A program made the position numbers and the translations under genes. Below are positions 1 to 20,492 of a stretch of 64,000 nucleotides of DNA, one piece after another. The notes under the pieces were generated by a model. It was not told the origin of the DNA, ran no database searches, and saw only the letters and a program-made list of their open reading frames with translations. This DNA comes from Balanoglossus misakiensis (lineage: Eukaryota; Animalia; Hemichordata): the NCBI GenBank assembly GCA_040954595.2, contig CM082589.2, positions 8,006,232 through 8,070,231 on the forward strand. The letters run 5' to 3'. Position 1 is the first letter of the stretch. Each line of letters starts with the position of its first letter.

Positions 1-3
1 TTT

Positions 4-603
4 TTGGCTCAGAGTGCACCTTATGGTGTGATTAAGAGGCTGAGAAGTGACAACGGGACTGAATTCACCTCAGACAAATTTAGATCTCTTATGATTGAGA
101 ATAAAATTTGTCAGGAGTTTTCAGCACCATATTCACCACACCAAAATGGTACAGTAGAGCGAAGTTGGCGTACACTTTTTGAAATGGGCAGATGTATGTT
201 GTTAGAGTCCAAACTTCCCAAGAAGTTCTGGACATATGCAGTAATGGCTGCCGCCTATACACGAAACAGATGTTATAACCATAGGAAAAGAATGACCCCT
301 TTCCAATGTATAACAGGCAAGAAACCTAATTTGAGTAATCTGAATCCATTTGGATCTGTGTGTTATGCATATGTACAAGTTAACTCAAAACTTTATCCGA
401 GATGTATGAAGGGTATTTTTGTAGCGTATGACAAAGAAAGCCCGGCATACTTGGTGTATTTTAAAGAAGATAATTCTGTAAGAAGAGTAAGATGTGTCAA
501 ATTTGTACAAGAGTTAAGTGATAACGAGAATGTGTATGATGATGAAGTGATATTCAGGAAAGATGTCACAGATAGCACAGAGAGATTAAAGCCGAGGGCA
601 TAG
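4..603 (+). pseudogene. Copia integrase core (rve) plus downstream region
   Basis: LRSDNGTEF...APYSPHQNGTVERSWRTL...LPKKFWTYAV...FGSVCY motifs typical of copia integrase; frame lost near 585. Confidence 0.93.
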
Positions 604-782
604 GCACAGAAGCTAAAAACACACAGGATGTTGATAAGGGGGTTGTACCAGATGATGGTCAAATTTCGAGTTCAAGTAGTAAAGAAAACTTGGACGATGT
701 AACACAAAAGTAAGGAGAGGTTAAGACTAGACCTATAAGAATTTCTAGAAGGCCAGAGTATCTCAAAGATTATGTAACAGTC

Positions 783-2345
783 ATGGAAGATGGTGAGAGA
801 TATATTCATTATTGTTACAAAATGTGTCATGTACCTCAAACTTATCAGGAAGCTGTTAATTCACCTGATAAACGTAAGTGGGAGAAAGCAATGGATGACG
901 AAATGTCATCACTAAGAGAGAATGATACGTTTGATTTGGTAAAATTGCCAAAAGACCAAAATGTAGTAGGAGGTAAATGGGTTTATAATATTAAAATGAA
1001 TCCAGATGGAACTGAGAAATATAAGGCACGATTTGTTGCTAAGGGGTTTTCTCAGAAACAAGATGTTGATTATCATGAAACATTTGCACCAACAGCTCAG
1101 ATGACATCAGTAAGAATGTTAATGCAATTAGCAATGAATGAAGGTCTTACTGTACATCAGATGGATGTTAAGACGGCCTATTTACATGCTCCCCTTGACT
1201 GTGTAATTTATATGGAACAACCAAATGGTTATGTAACTAGTAACAAGGAAGATATGGTTCTTAAACTTAAGAAATCACTGTATGGCCTGAAACAAAGTGG
1301 TAGAATGTGGAACCAGATGTTACACACTCATCTGATCAATGAGGGTTTTCAACAGTCTTTAGTCGACTACTGTGTGTACACAAAAGAGAGTAACGGTAAT
1401 AAGATCATCATAATTATTTGGGTTGATGACATCATTGTAGCAGCCAACAATGATACCGCTTTAATAGAATGTAAAGCATCATTGAATCAGAAATTCAATA
1501 TGAAAGATATGGAAGTTTTATCATGGTTTCTCGCAGTTGAATTTGAATGGGGTAAAGATTGTATTGTAATGAAACAGACAAAAAGTGTAAATGACAAGTT
1601 ACAGAGATTTGAAATGAGTGATTGTAAACCCAAAAGTACACCTTGTGATCCAGGCGCTTGTAAAGCCATGAATGAACCATCACCAGAGCTGGTATATCGA
1701 AGGTTGTATAGAGAGATAGTTGGGAGTTTAATTTATTTAATGACAACAACAAGGCCAGATATTTCGTTTATTGTGACAAAATTATCACAGTTTATGTCCA
1801 GGCCGACAGAAATGCATTTCAACATGGCAAAGCATGTTCTGAGATATTTAAAGGGTACTAAACACTTTGGGTTGAAATACTGTAGATCAAATACTGAACC
1901 AACTCTAATAGGTTACTGTGATTCAGACTGGGCGGGTTCAGATGATAGAAAAAGTATCTCAGGTTATGCATTTTCCTTAAGCAAGGGTGGACCACTTATC
2001 TCATGGAAAAGTAGCAAACAACAGTGTGTTGCTTTATCCACGTGCGAGGCTGAATATATTGCATTAGCCAGTGCTGTCCAAGAAGGAAAATTCTTGAGAC
2101 AGTTATACTCTGACATGCACGGGCACACAGAGAAAACACCGGAAATATTTGTTGACAACCAGAGTACTATCGTACTTGCAAAAAAACCCAGTGTATCGTA
2201 AAAGGTCAAAACACATTGACATCAAATATCATTTCCTTAGAGATGAAGTCCACAACAGTCATATTGTACTAACTTACATTGAAAGCGAATGAATTGTGGC
2301 TGGTGTATTTACCAAACCAGTTTCAAAAAGTAAACTGAATTTAGA
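783..2345 (+). pseudogene. Copia reverse transcriptase (RVT_2) and RNase H, frameshifted
   Basis: KARFVAKGFSQ, QMDVKTAYL, LKKSLYGLKQSGR, WVDD, GYCDSDWAG, ALSTCEAEY. After a frameshift at the A-run near 2180 it continues KRSKHIDIKYHFLRD...*..AGVFTK, with the canonical ADxxTK Asp replaced by Gly. Confidence 0.95.
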
Positions 2346-2357
2346 AAGTTCAGTTTC

Positions 2358-2365
2358 AGAGGGGG
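2358..2365 (+). other. Polypurine tract of the copia element
   Basis: AGAGGGGG immediately 5' of the TGTTGG LTR start. Confidence 0.85.
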
Positions 2366-2627
2366 TGTTGGAGTAAACTGAACTTTACCCAGATGGTCAC
2401 TTTCTTTGATATGTAAATGATAGTCTCATTATGCATGTATGTGTTATGTAAGCTTGGTGGGGTTTTTCCGCTCTTGTGGGTGTTCAACTCAATTCAGACT
2501 TGGTCAGTGATGTTCATCCACTACACATGTTGGTGTCCAATAAAGTAAGTGACTGTACAGAAAACAAGCTATCGCTTCCTCTCGTTATATCATTGCACCG
2601 TACGCAATGAACTACCGCACTTCAACA
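2366..2627 (+). repeat. Copia 3' LTR (262 bp)
   Basis: Starts TGTTGGAGT and ends ACTTCAACA (8/9 inverted match), follows the PPT, AATAAA at 2539-2544. Confidence 0.88.
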
Positions 2628-2689
2628 CTGTAAGTGCATGTCTGTTGTAGATTTTTTAATTGTCGCCACTAACGGCGGGTATGGCAAAT

Positions 2690-3042
2690 AAATGGTGACC
2701 TAATTAATTTAATCCGCTTGCTCAGCAAAGGGTCATAAAATTTAAAAATATAAATTGAAAACGCGCGTACATTGCTAGACTATTCGCACCTGTTGGTACA
2801 AACGTTCCTTCTATGCAAATAGTTGAAACTCAGTTCTGACAGGACGCTGAGGTCTTATGTCGCCACCAACGACGGGTACTGTAGCAATATGACATACGAG
2901 CAAAATATCCAACCTGTTTGATATTTTTTCCTGGCAAAGACAATTACTCAAGACTGCCACAAATCAGAAAAATAGCTAAGTAATTTAATCAACTTTGTGA
3001 ACTAATCAAATGGTGACCTAATTAATTTAAGACGCTTGTTCA
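2690..3042 (+). repeat. Dispersed repeat, rearranged copy of 16477-16740
   Basis: Shared blocks tgacctaattaatttaa.ccgcttgctcagcaaa.ggtcata and gagcaaaatat...acctgtttgatattttt...actcaagactgccac, in swapped order. Confidence 0.85.
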
Positions 3043-5322
3043 CCAGTCATGTTTGAAGATTTTTCTGTGATGTTCACTTACTCTGGATTTTACTAGCAAT
3101 AGGCATGATAACATTACCAGGACCATGTAAAATGAGACGTTTTCGTCTCAAAAAGTCGGTCTCCATTTGTCCTTGATACTTTGTGAAATTGGATGAATTG
3201 GTGTACATGTTAGTGGTAAATACAAACAGCTCAGTTGTGTTTACTTGGTGTACGTGAGGGTGTTCTGGATGTGACGAAACTTGCCATTACGGTGACCTGT
3301 ATGAATCGCTCGTGCACCTCCCGGCCAAATGAATTTTCATAATCAATGACTTTGCTCAAGTTCGAAGGTCTACTAATTGACGTAGATGTATATAGTCTAG
3401 TCTGAATTTAAGGTGTTAATGGAAATGTATCTGACCTAAACCTGAACCCGGAAATTGAAGAGGAAATAAGTTGGAATGCCAGACTCAATCTTGTGTTGGT
3501 GACGACACGCACGAAACACAAAACTTCTCGTACACAATCACTAAAATAACAATGCTTAAGTAGTTGACCACTTGCGACTTGCATGACATTAGTAAAAAAT
3601 GGACAGACGTGTCTTGAATTTCATTTATTCCCTATATGATCGTCTCGACTCAAAGAATAATACTATGGAAACAAAGAAGAAAGGACGATTGTAGTCACTG
3701 TGATAAAGTTCACATGACCGCACCTTCACACGGTTGATTGCAAACAGTTTATTATCCCCAACACTGGTTCATACCCTTTGTGTTCAAATCTATCTTACAG
3801 CCATTTTACAATAGGACAGTAACTTCGCCCGGGCCTCCAGACTGTCACTCTTGGCAGCCGTCTACCCCCTCAAGAATTCAATGACAATTTCTCATCCATA
3901 ACGCACACGCAATTAAAGATTGGCGTAGTCAGTTTGTTCGCATCATTTATCACCCAGGCAAAATTGCCCGAAGGTTTACGTTACTTGGGGTAACATCATG
4001 CTCATGGTTTGGAAAAGTGCCATCAGATGCAGATGGTTTTGTATTGTGATTTGTGAACAGCCTGGGTCAGGAATACCATGCTTCCGTTCACATATGTTGC
4101 GTTAATCAGGGATGGTGTGAAATATGCAGTATATTGACTAAGACATAAATTAAGTATGTATGTCAAGGATTTGCAGCATGTAAATATTAAAATTAATTAT
4201 GAAATAAAAGACGTGTGTGCGCAGCTGCCCTCGCTGTTGTATTATATTTACGTAATTATGGGGGTCCAAACTTGCGTGAACGTCTACTTTTTCAAAACAT
4301 TAATTTTAAATCAGTTCAGTAACTTCTTAGTACATGTATGTAGTTTCAAGGGTCAAGGTGAAATATTACTACGTCCAAAGCTCTTGAGTAGATAATTCGT
4401 GCACTTGCAAATGGGCGTACATTGAACCGTGGAAATCAATATACAGTGGCCATATAAGATGTATTCGCACTGATGGTTTTGTTGTGGTGAATTCTGTCGT
4501 CATTATGACCCGGTTCCAGTGAAAATCAAACGTATTTGAACCCGGAAAGTACACAACATATAAGTAGTGTCACACCTCATCATTCACTGATCACGACTTT
4601 TGCTGAACACAATACATTGATTCGCACAATCAAATAGATACCAATGCCCACTATAGTTGGCTAGATAAGACTTTATGAGTGTCAAGACGTCTGAAAAGAA
4701 AATAAAGCTGCCTTTATATTTCACTACAAGAGCTGGCAAGACAGAGAGAAAAAGTATTTTTAGCGTGGCATGGTGACGACACAAAGAAGTTGCCAAAGAA
4801 GGTAGACAGAGAATATAACAATGTAATACGAATTTCCACGTCTACACGAATATTGTGCATTACTGTATATTGTGAGACATTAATATCTTACAAAACATCG
4901 TATTCACATTTACTCTGTAACTTTTTTCAACTAAATATAGCTCACCAGATACTACACTTCTTTTGGTAACACTTACTTCACTGAACGAGGTTGTGATAGG
5001 TTTCACATGCATCCAGAGACATCATACTTTATTGTATAATTACTTAACTTGGTTCGTCTCAGGACTATCTGATCTATATTTCAATGCGTGTTGTATATAC
5101 TTTGTGAAAAGAATACAATTTTGCTACATTTTCTCCATTAAAACACACGCAATGTTTAAAACAAAGCACAAAGTACAATTGTCTTGTATTATCTCATTAC
5201 GACAATCGAGTCTCGTATATGTTTGTTGTGTCTGTTGTATCCGGTCATTTGAGCAACAGGAAATAAAATTGTTTACATTAAAGCTATGGTTACGAGCCTT
5301 GTAAACAAAGCCTTTGTTACCT

Positions 5323-5353
5323 CATAGACCCTGGAGCGAAACTAGGGTCTATG
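5323..5353. mobile_element. 31-bp TIR remnant CATAGACCCT...AGGGTCTATG (probable P-superfamily footprint)
   Basis: 10-bp perfect inverted repeat identical to the palindrome at 28129-28148; TSD not conserved here. Confidence 0.5.
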
Positions 5354-5360
5354 GATAGAC

Positions 5361-5401
5361 TATATATAAGTACGGCGTCAGTGGCAGCAGGTGTCTCATT
5401 T
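5361..5401 (+). promoter_or_regulatory. Putative TATA box (TATATATAAG) and initiator (TCATTT) of the VWDE-like gene
   Basis: TATA at 5361-5370, Inr-like TCATTT at 5396-5401 about 30 bp downstream, ATG at 5408 (AAGATG context). Confidence 0.5.
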
Positions 5402-5407
5402 GGCAAG

Positions 5408-13589
<8,182 letters not shown>

Positions 13590-13987
13590 TGTCCCCAGAC
13601 TCTACATAACTTGCATCGGTCGACACCATCTGCAAGGATTCAGTTTCCATAGATTTGCTGTTTACATCATCTATATAAATGATCGTGGCCATACCACAAT
13701 GTTAACTAATTAATTTTTTTTATATATAATCAGGTAGTGGCAGTAATTATGCATGTATACGTATAGAAAGTTGTATTTCATGCTTATGAAATTTGTGAAA
13801 TCAGTTGAATGAGGTGCCAAACTGCTACAGTATACCAAGGCACCCCACTAGGTGTACGGTTGATACCCATACGTGATATTGTATACTACACGGAAGTATA
13901 GTATACCACATGTGAGTGTTTTTTAACTATCGGTGGGTTGTTAATGAGTTTCTGATGCAACATCGAATATAATCTACAGTACTTTAA

Positions 13988-14169
13988 AGGTATACGATCA
14001 CCTATGGAAAATTAGCTATAGTTACCATGGCAAATTGAGATCTAGCCAATCACATATTTTCAGTGCGTGGCACACGCGAAAAACGACCGCCACCATATGT
14101 TCTTTAGAACGCTCAAATACGCCATTTCAGACATATATGGGCGTATAAATTGGAGGTGACTGTATACCT
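13988..14169 (+). mobile_element. TTAA-type (Kolobok-like) MITE, family B copy 1
   Basis: TTAA|AGGTATACGATCACC...GGTGACTGTATACCT|TCAA; inverted copies at 38546-38718 and about 52927-53089. Confidence 0.8.
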
Positions 14170-14531
14170 TCAATTGTGAATGGAATATTTATAGGCTTAA
14201 AAAGGCGACTTAGATGTTTTACTTCATCTTTCCCGTGAAATGCTCTAAATGTAGTGTAAATTGTTGCTCGTTTCACAGATTTACTTTTTTCTCTTATTCA
14301 AATTACCAAGCGAAATCAAAGTAGCGCTATTGTAACCTGTGTGCCTTTATAGGTACTGAGTCTCAAAGCTGGCCGCTGGGCCGGAACGTAAAGTTCAGCA
14401 TTGACGTCATATTCTGTAAAGTCCAGCTCTTGTCTGCATGACTGTCTTGTAGATTAGCTATGTCGCCATATTCGGACTGTTTCTACTTATTTTTTTATTA
14501 ATTGTGTATATATACATGTATACTAAAATAT

Positions 14532-14537
14532 AATAAA
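14532..14537 (+). terminator. Candidate polyadenylation signal of the VWDE-like gene
   Basis: First clear AATAAA I found downstream of the stop codon, about 940 nt after it. Confidence 0.35.
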
Positions 14538-16476
14538 CAAGGGTTCAAAATATTGCTTTGATCTGAACTTGCAATATATTCGCTGTGGCTTCTAAATAAT
14601 GCCCCATTAGTTCTAACCAAAGGTACATAAAACCTGTGGATCGGGTTATACTGAGCGGTATACAGTCAACATGATTGTTGTCAAAGTATTGATTTTTCCG
14701 AGAGCTTGTGTTCCAGTGTAACTGAACCATACACAGTCGAGCCATGTCGGCCTTTAATAGCAAACCAAGTGTGAACGTATACTCCTCAGACCTACTTTTT
14801 ATACAAAAAATCGATATTGTCGGCGGCGTTACCTTTCTGTTCAGTCTTGGAGAAGAGACCAACAAGAAGTATGTTTTAGAATTTGGAAAAATGGAAATTC
14901 AACGTAATATATCAACCATATTTTATGTTACTAATAAATTATATCGGACACTTAAACTACCAGAGGTGAGCGTTCTTGGGGATCTTTCTTATCTAGGCCT
15001 AATAAAACCAGTGTGGACGACGCCGTTTCGCTGACCCACACGTTGTCAACTTCTCGCCTTAGGCTGAAAAAAATACTCGTAAACACGTATCGTGACATCA
15101 AACTAGGAAACAGTTAATGGGATTATATGTAAGGAGATACTTGTCTATAAAACAATGTCTGTTGTTTACCTGTCCAAAACTGCAGCCTATTGTACCCTTT
15201 GTCTTGATTGTTCGTTGTGTTGGTCTTGTATATGGACCTGGTGTACGGCCAATCGTTTTCGGCGAAAAGGGTAAAACCCATTGAAACTGGAAAAGATTGG
15301 TTGATGTTGAGTTGTATGTCAATGTGTCGATTGTGTCTGCACGTACATGTATGTTCAGTGTATCTTAACTACGTGGTAGCCCAGCTAGCAGTAAAAACAG
15401 AATATAGAGGTCAGAGGCATATCCTTTATATATATATATATATCTGCCAACAAAGAAGCAGGTTCGATTTCCCCTGAGTCAATGACTCGATTAATGTCAA
15501 CAAGTCTAGCGTATAGTGTAAGAAAAACCATACATCTATTGCAAATGGGTACTGGTTGTGACAACAATCTGTTTGCTGGATTATTTTTCGCCTTTTCAGG
15601 TGTTCCCTATCTCCTTCACAATGTGCTTCCAAGTCACGGCATGACCAGTTATTTGCTTAACAGCGCCACCAATGCAACAAGATCCGTAAATGTGTACGGC
15701 AAAATGCTCGCTGTTCTCACAATGATCTCGCCTTGCCAGAAGTTATGACGGACTTTAAACAAACTATGGAATCAAAGCCATTCCTGCTCACAGCATGCAA
15801 GGACGACAGTTTATACGCCTTTTTATTTCATTTTAATGGAATGGGGACATTCAATAAAAATCCAATTAACAAAACATGGATACATATCATGACATATAGT
15901 CAAAATCTGAGTGATATATTCCTAACATGTCTGATTGTCGTAAATTGCCATGTTCGAATAAGTTGAACACCTGAATACAATTTCTTTTTTTCGTCAAATT
16001 TTGACAGCTCCATAGTGATTTCATTGCTAAAAACTGTTCATTGCAGATAACAGTTTCTCTCACTGATGCACCGATGCACCAAAACACAGCTAATTAACTT
16101 TTTTAAGGTCCTACTTTCAGTCAATTTCAACTCTCCGTAAAATAAACATAAATGTAGTATCATACGAAAAAAATATGTCCAGCATGGTACACATAATGTA
16201 ACTTTCTAAATTTGAGATCGTGTTTTATTTCTATGATCACATTCTGTTCAAAAACGTTTTTTTTCGAGCCTTTACTGTCGACAAGACGCGCCTCAGTGTT
16301 AAGTTCCAGAATGCCGCACTCTGATTGGTCAATTTAGTAGCCACTAGAGGGCAGCGTTCATGACCCACCCCCCTGACCTACAAGGTTTTAATGACGTCAC
16401 CAACAAATTTCAGTCAGCATTTATTATCTCTTGTGCGCGGCTAATTTTTGTTGATTTTTATACCTAAGTGCCGTAG

Positions 16477-16740
16477 AGCAAAATATGCGACCTGTTTGAT
16501 ATTTTTTCCTGACAAAGAAAAGTACTCAAGACTGCCACGCACCAGAAAAATAGCGGAGTAATTTCATTGACCTCGCGAACTGATCAAGAAATGACCTAAT
16601 TAATTTAACCCGCTTGCTCAGCAAAAGGTCATACAATTTAAATATAAATTGAAAACGCGCGGCGCGTGCATCGCCGGACTATTCCCACCTGTTTCAACGT
16701 TCACTCTATGCAAATAGCTTGCGACTCAGTTCTGACTGAC
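16477..16740 (+). repeat. Dispersed repeat homologous to 2690-3042
   Basis: Direct sequence similarity in two blocks. Confidence 0.85.
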
Positions 16741-17599
16741 ACCATCGTCGTAAAACCACGACCTGTTTACGGCAACTGCTACGCGCTACCGCCAACCGTT
16801 TTTTGCGGAGCGGAAACACGGTCGGCTCTGGCTTGCGAGAATGACTGACACAGGTCGTACATCCCCATATGAAGTTGGAGTACCCCCACGGGTAGAGTGT
16901 TGACAGCCGCTTGTGCCGTTTTAAGAAACATAACAAAAAGAAACTTTAACTAATACACAGGATACAACTCGAAGAAGCGCTTTTAAATTTGTTATAATTC
17001 TATGACGTTGGTGCAAGTGTGCGCATCGAAAAGATTACACTTCGATTTACATGGGACAGTTGCTGGTTGCATGGAAGTTCGTAGAAACAAAATAATTTTC
17101 ATGAGGCGGTCGTTGAGGGCGGTCAAATAAACATGGCGGTAACTTCGAAGAAGGGAACTTTTACACCGCGGAGTTTGAAATGAGCGCCCGGTCCTCAGGA
17201 TGGCAATATTGTTCGTGAAATTCTGGTTCTAAGTATTCGCAAGCGGACCGAGAACACGTTTAATCATATCCAGATTCCAAAATCTACGGCGTTGTCGAAG
17301 GAATTGAGTGGAACTGGCTGCCCAACGTTTTGCCCCAACACGATGACGTCACTCTTTTTGTTTGGGGCTAGAATTTTCCAGAACGATATGACGCATGATG
17401 CCCGCAGAATGGAATTATAATTTGTGTGTGAATTCAAGTATTTCTGCTGGAGTCCGCTGCGGAGATCGTACACAATTGTGGATGGAATATATTTGGTTGC
17501 CGTGAATGTTTCAGTGAGTATAATATTTTATGCCAATGTCCGTCATCAAAAACTTGAAAACCGCTGCGCGTATCGTATTTGGTGTGTAGTTGTCGTCGC

Positions 17600-18740
17600 C
17601 AAAATATGCAAATTAGCTTGAAAAAATTGAACTTGGTCAAAACTCAACAACCACTGGTCAGATTGATTTTAAAATTGGTATGCATGTAACTTATATCAAC
17701 CTTATACAGTCCAGTATGTTTTGGGCTAAAATTACGAATTTTTAATTTTTTTTTATGATTTGATTTTTTTGTCTTTTAACACATTATTGGTTAAAAATCT
17801 TCATTTCTGAAAGTTATAAACAGATTTAGTATGAAACTTCCTATCGGTGGTCTGAGTTACCATAGTTTTGTTCAAATTGTTGCAAAATTTGCATATGTGT
17901 AATTTTGAGCAATTTTTGCCATTTTTGGTTAAAACTTTTTTTCTCTAAAACCACATGTCAGATTGCTTTTCAATTCGGTAGGCATGTTCCTAGGAATAAC
18001 CCAAGTAAGATGTAAAGAAAAATTGTGATATTTGCATAATTGCTGTTTTCTCTAAAAGCGCTTGTCAGATTGCTTTGCATATTGGCAGGTATGTTCCTTG
18101 TGGTGATTGAAGTAAGATGTTGTACAATTTTGGTGATATTTGCCTAATTTGTGATTTTTGCCACTTTGAAACTGCTTGTTGGATTGATTGAAATTTGGTA
18201 GGAATATTCATAGGGGTAACAACAGTTTTTCTCTGACTGCTTTGGAATTTGGGACACAAGTTCATACATGTAACACAATAACTTTTATTAAATTCTGATT
18301 TCAGAAATTTTCAATATTTAGTTTTTTTCTGTATGTGTAAATTTCTTTGCTTTTGGTTAGCAAATCTTTTCCTAAAGTTAAACCAACTGTCCAGTTGCTT
18401 TGAAAGTTACTGTTTACAAGGCATTGGTACCCCAAACTTAGACTGTCCAGCTGCATGTTTACATAACTTTAATACCGGTACACCAGCTGGTGCAGAGACC
18501 ACCACCTATTCTATTTTTAATTAACAGTGTTGGGTCAGCGAGTGTCTCCATCTGTCTGTCTGTCCGTCTGTCTGTCCAAGGGCTGACTGACAGAAGTTGC
18601 TTGTCATATGTGTTTGTACAGACAATTTTTGGTCAAAAATAATTTTTTTCTAGCACCGCTTGTACATGTAAGAATGCCATGACACATGACAGTTCATTGG
18701 GTATGTTCCTTGTTAATTTTTTTTTACATTTCCCTTTTTA
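17600..18740 (+). mobile_element. Helentron/DINE-like non-autonomous element remains with internal tandem units
   Basis: Recurrent unit gtcagattg(c/a)ttt..aaatt(t)ggta(g/t)g(c/t)atgttcc near 17657, 17958, 18065 and 18180, plus a (CTGT/CCGT)n tract at 18553-18577. This architecture matches DINE-1/CvA-like elements. Confidence 0.5.
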
Positions 18741-19477
18741 TTGATCACTCGACAGTGAGCACGGTCACTTTCAAGAACGTGTCCTCAGTTCTCGTTCTGC
18801 TCAACAAGGTCAGACAGGGTTAGACTTGGCGTCACACATCAACATTTCTACCACAATAACACCAATATTGCACACAGAATTTTTGCACATAAAACAAATT
18901 ATGAAGCTTTCTGAGAAAAATGATATCATCGCATATGCTAATGTGATGCAAATAGCTTTGATGTCACTTCCTATCTTTCAACATGCTGACAGTGGTCAGA
19001 CTTGTCTCAGATGTGCATTGGCTTTGAATGGTGGTAAAGACATGTTTTGAGTCGCCTAACAGTTCCAGCTTGGAATGACTTTACACTGTGTTGCTGAATG
19101 TATACTTTTTTTCCAAGTTCTCATTGGTGGCAAATTGAATGCATTTTTTTCGCTATTTGTCATTTTTATAGTGTGGCCAGATCCAAATTTTGTAGTGTTT
19201 GGAGTCTACCAGTCTGGCGCCCTCATGAGATGTTTGAGAGTATATTATAGTTGCTAGGGAGTATTGATGGAAATGTTCGATTTCTGTAGTGTTTTGGTAA
19301 CATTCATGTGTTTACAAATTCATATTTGTGTAAAGGAAAATGTGTCCAGCGATACACATGAAGCATGAAGTGTTACTTGATGTAATTTTACTGGAGCGAT
19401 GTCATGTGATTAATTGAGTTATCAGGGACCTAGGGGGTTGTTTACTACTTTTTTGGCGTGGGAAAGACACGAGGTAA

Positions 19478-20124
19478 GGGAGCATTCGTTTTTTACAGGG
19501 AGGGGGGGGGGGGGGCGGTGGAATTTGAGTCGCTGACTAAATGTAAAAGGCAACCCCCCCTGAAAATTACTTTTCTAAAATGTGACCCCCCCCAAAAAAA
19601 ACAAAAAAGTTTATCCACCGGATTAAACTTATCAAACTTTGTCAGATATTGGTGTATGTTCGACATACCACATTGAAGGGGGTGGGTTTGGGAGGGGGTG
19701 TCCCCCTCCCACGTAAGAAAATTTTATAAAATACAGAGCTCAAAGCTGCATTTTAATGAACCCAGCAAAAGCAAATTAACGTCGCCGCTCAAAGTTATCA
19801 TGGGGTGGGGGCAAGTCCCCTGACCTGGGACACTAGATAAACCAGTCAATGATTGATAGGTGTTGATGAATGAAGGGGGGTGGGTGTGGGAGGGGGTCCC
19901 CCTCCCACATTAGAAATTTTTTTAAAATAAAGGACGCGAAACTGCATTTTTGTGGACTCAAAATAAATATTTAGCCGTCAAAGTTTTCAAGTCCCCCCCT
20001 TTCAGTCCCTATATAATAATCCCTTGATTATAAAATTTGTCCCCCCCTAAAAACTGCTTTGTAAAAGTAAACTCCCCCCCTGATTTCCACCGGCCCCCCC
20101 TCCCTGTAAAAAACGAATGCTCCC
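19478..20124. mobile_element. PIF/Harbinger-type MITE (TAA TSD)
   Basis: TAA|GGGAGCATTCGTTTTTTACAGGGAGGGGGGG...CCCCCCCTCCCTGTAAAAAACGAATGCTCCC|TAA; two internal direct repeats containing the hairpin TGGGAGGGGG..CCCCCTCCCA. Confidence 0.85.
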
Positions 20125-20205
20125 TAAGAGACGCGTTGGAGATTTCGTGTATGCGGACGTGTACCCGTTGACGGAGTTGTTGAGTCATCGAAAGCTGTCT
20201 GGAAA

Positions 20206-20492
20206 TAGCCCGGAGACACAGGCGTTGATCTAGGGGAAAAGGAACGCCCGGGGACAGTCTCTATTTACGCACCGAATTCTGTGCGCAGAACGACACGGGT
20301 GGTAAATCTTGTGTGTAAGCTAATTGGTCACTCAATGTAAACCAAATGACATCATCGCATTCTAAATAAGGAAATAGAGGTGGAGTCATGTGTGAAATTC
20401 CCCGCGATGGGATGTGGGAGTGGTTTACCAAGCTTTGTTAATTATATCATCCAACCACTAGATTCTAGATCAACGCCTGTGTCTCCGGGCTA
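20206..20492. mobile_element. MITE with 28-bp perfect TIR and 9-bp TSD (AcademH-like or MULE-like)
   Basis: GTCTGGAAA|TAGCCCGGAGACACAGGCGTTGATCTAG...CTAGATCAACGCCTGTGTCTCCGGGCTA|GTCTGGAAA. Confidence 0.9.

Larger units (their letters stand above)
1..2627 (+). mobile_element. Ty1/copia LTR retrotransposon, 3' part (runs off window start), decayed
   Basis: Copia domain order INT-RT-RNase H, then PPT and LTR. Frameshifts near 585 and 2185; in-frame stops at 711-713 and 2290-2292. Confidence 0.96.

Noticed and set aside
14545-15034. 106-aa and 96-aa ORFs after the gene
   Set aside because: No recognisable motif and no consistent splice structure.
15598-15820. Acceptor followed by a Cys-rich frame (QCNKIRKCVRQNARC)
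   Set aside because: In-frame stops and too little similarity to call a CXC or transposase relic.
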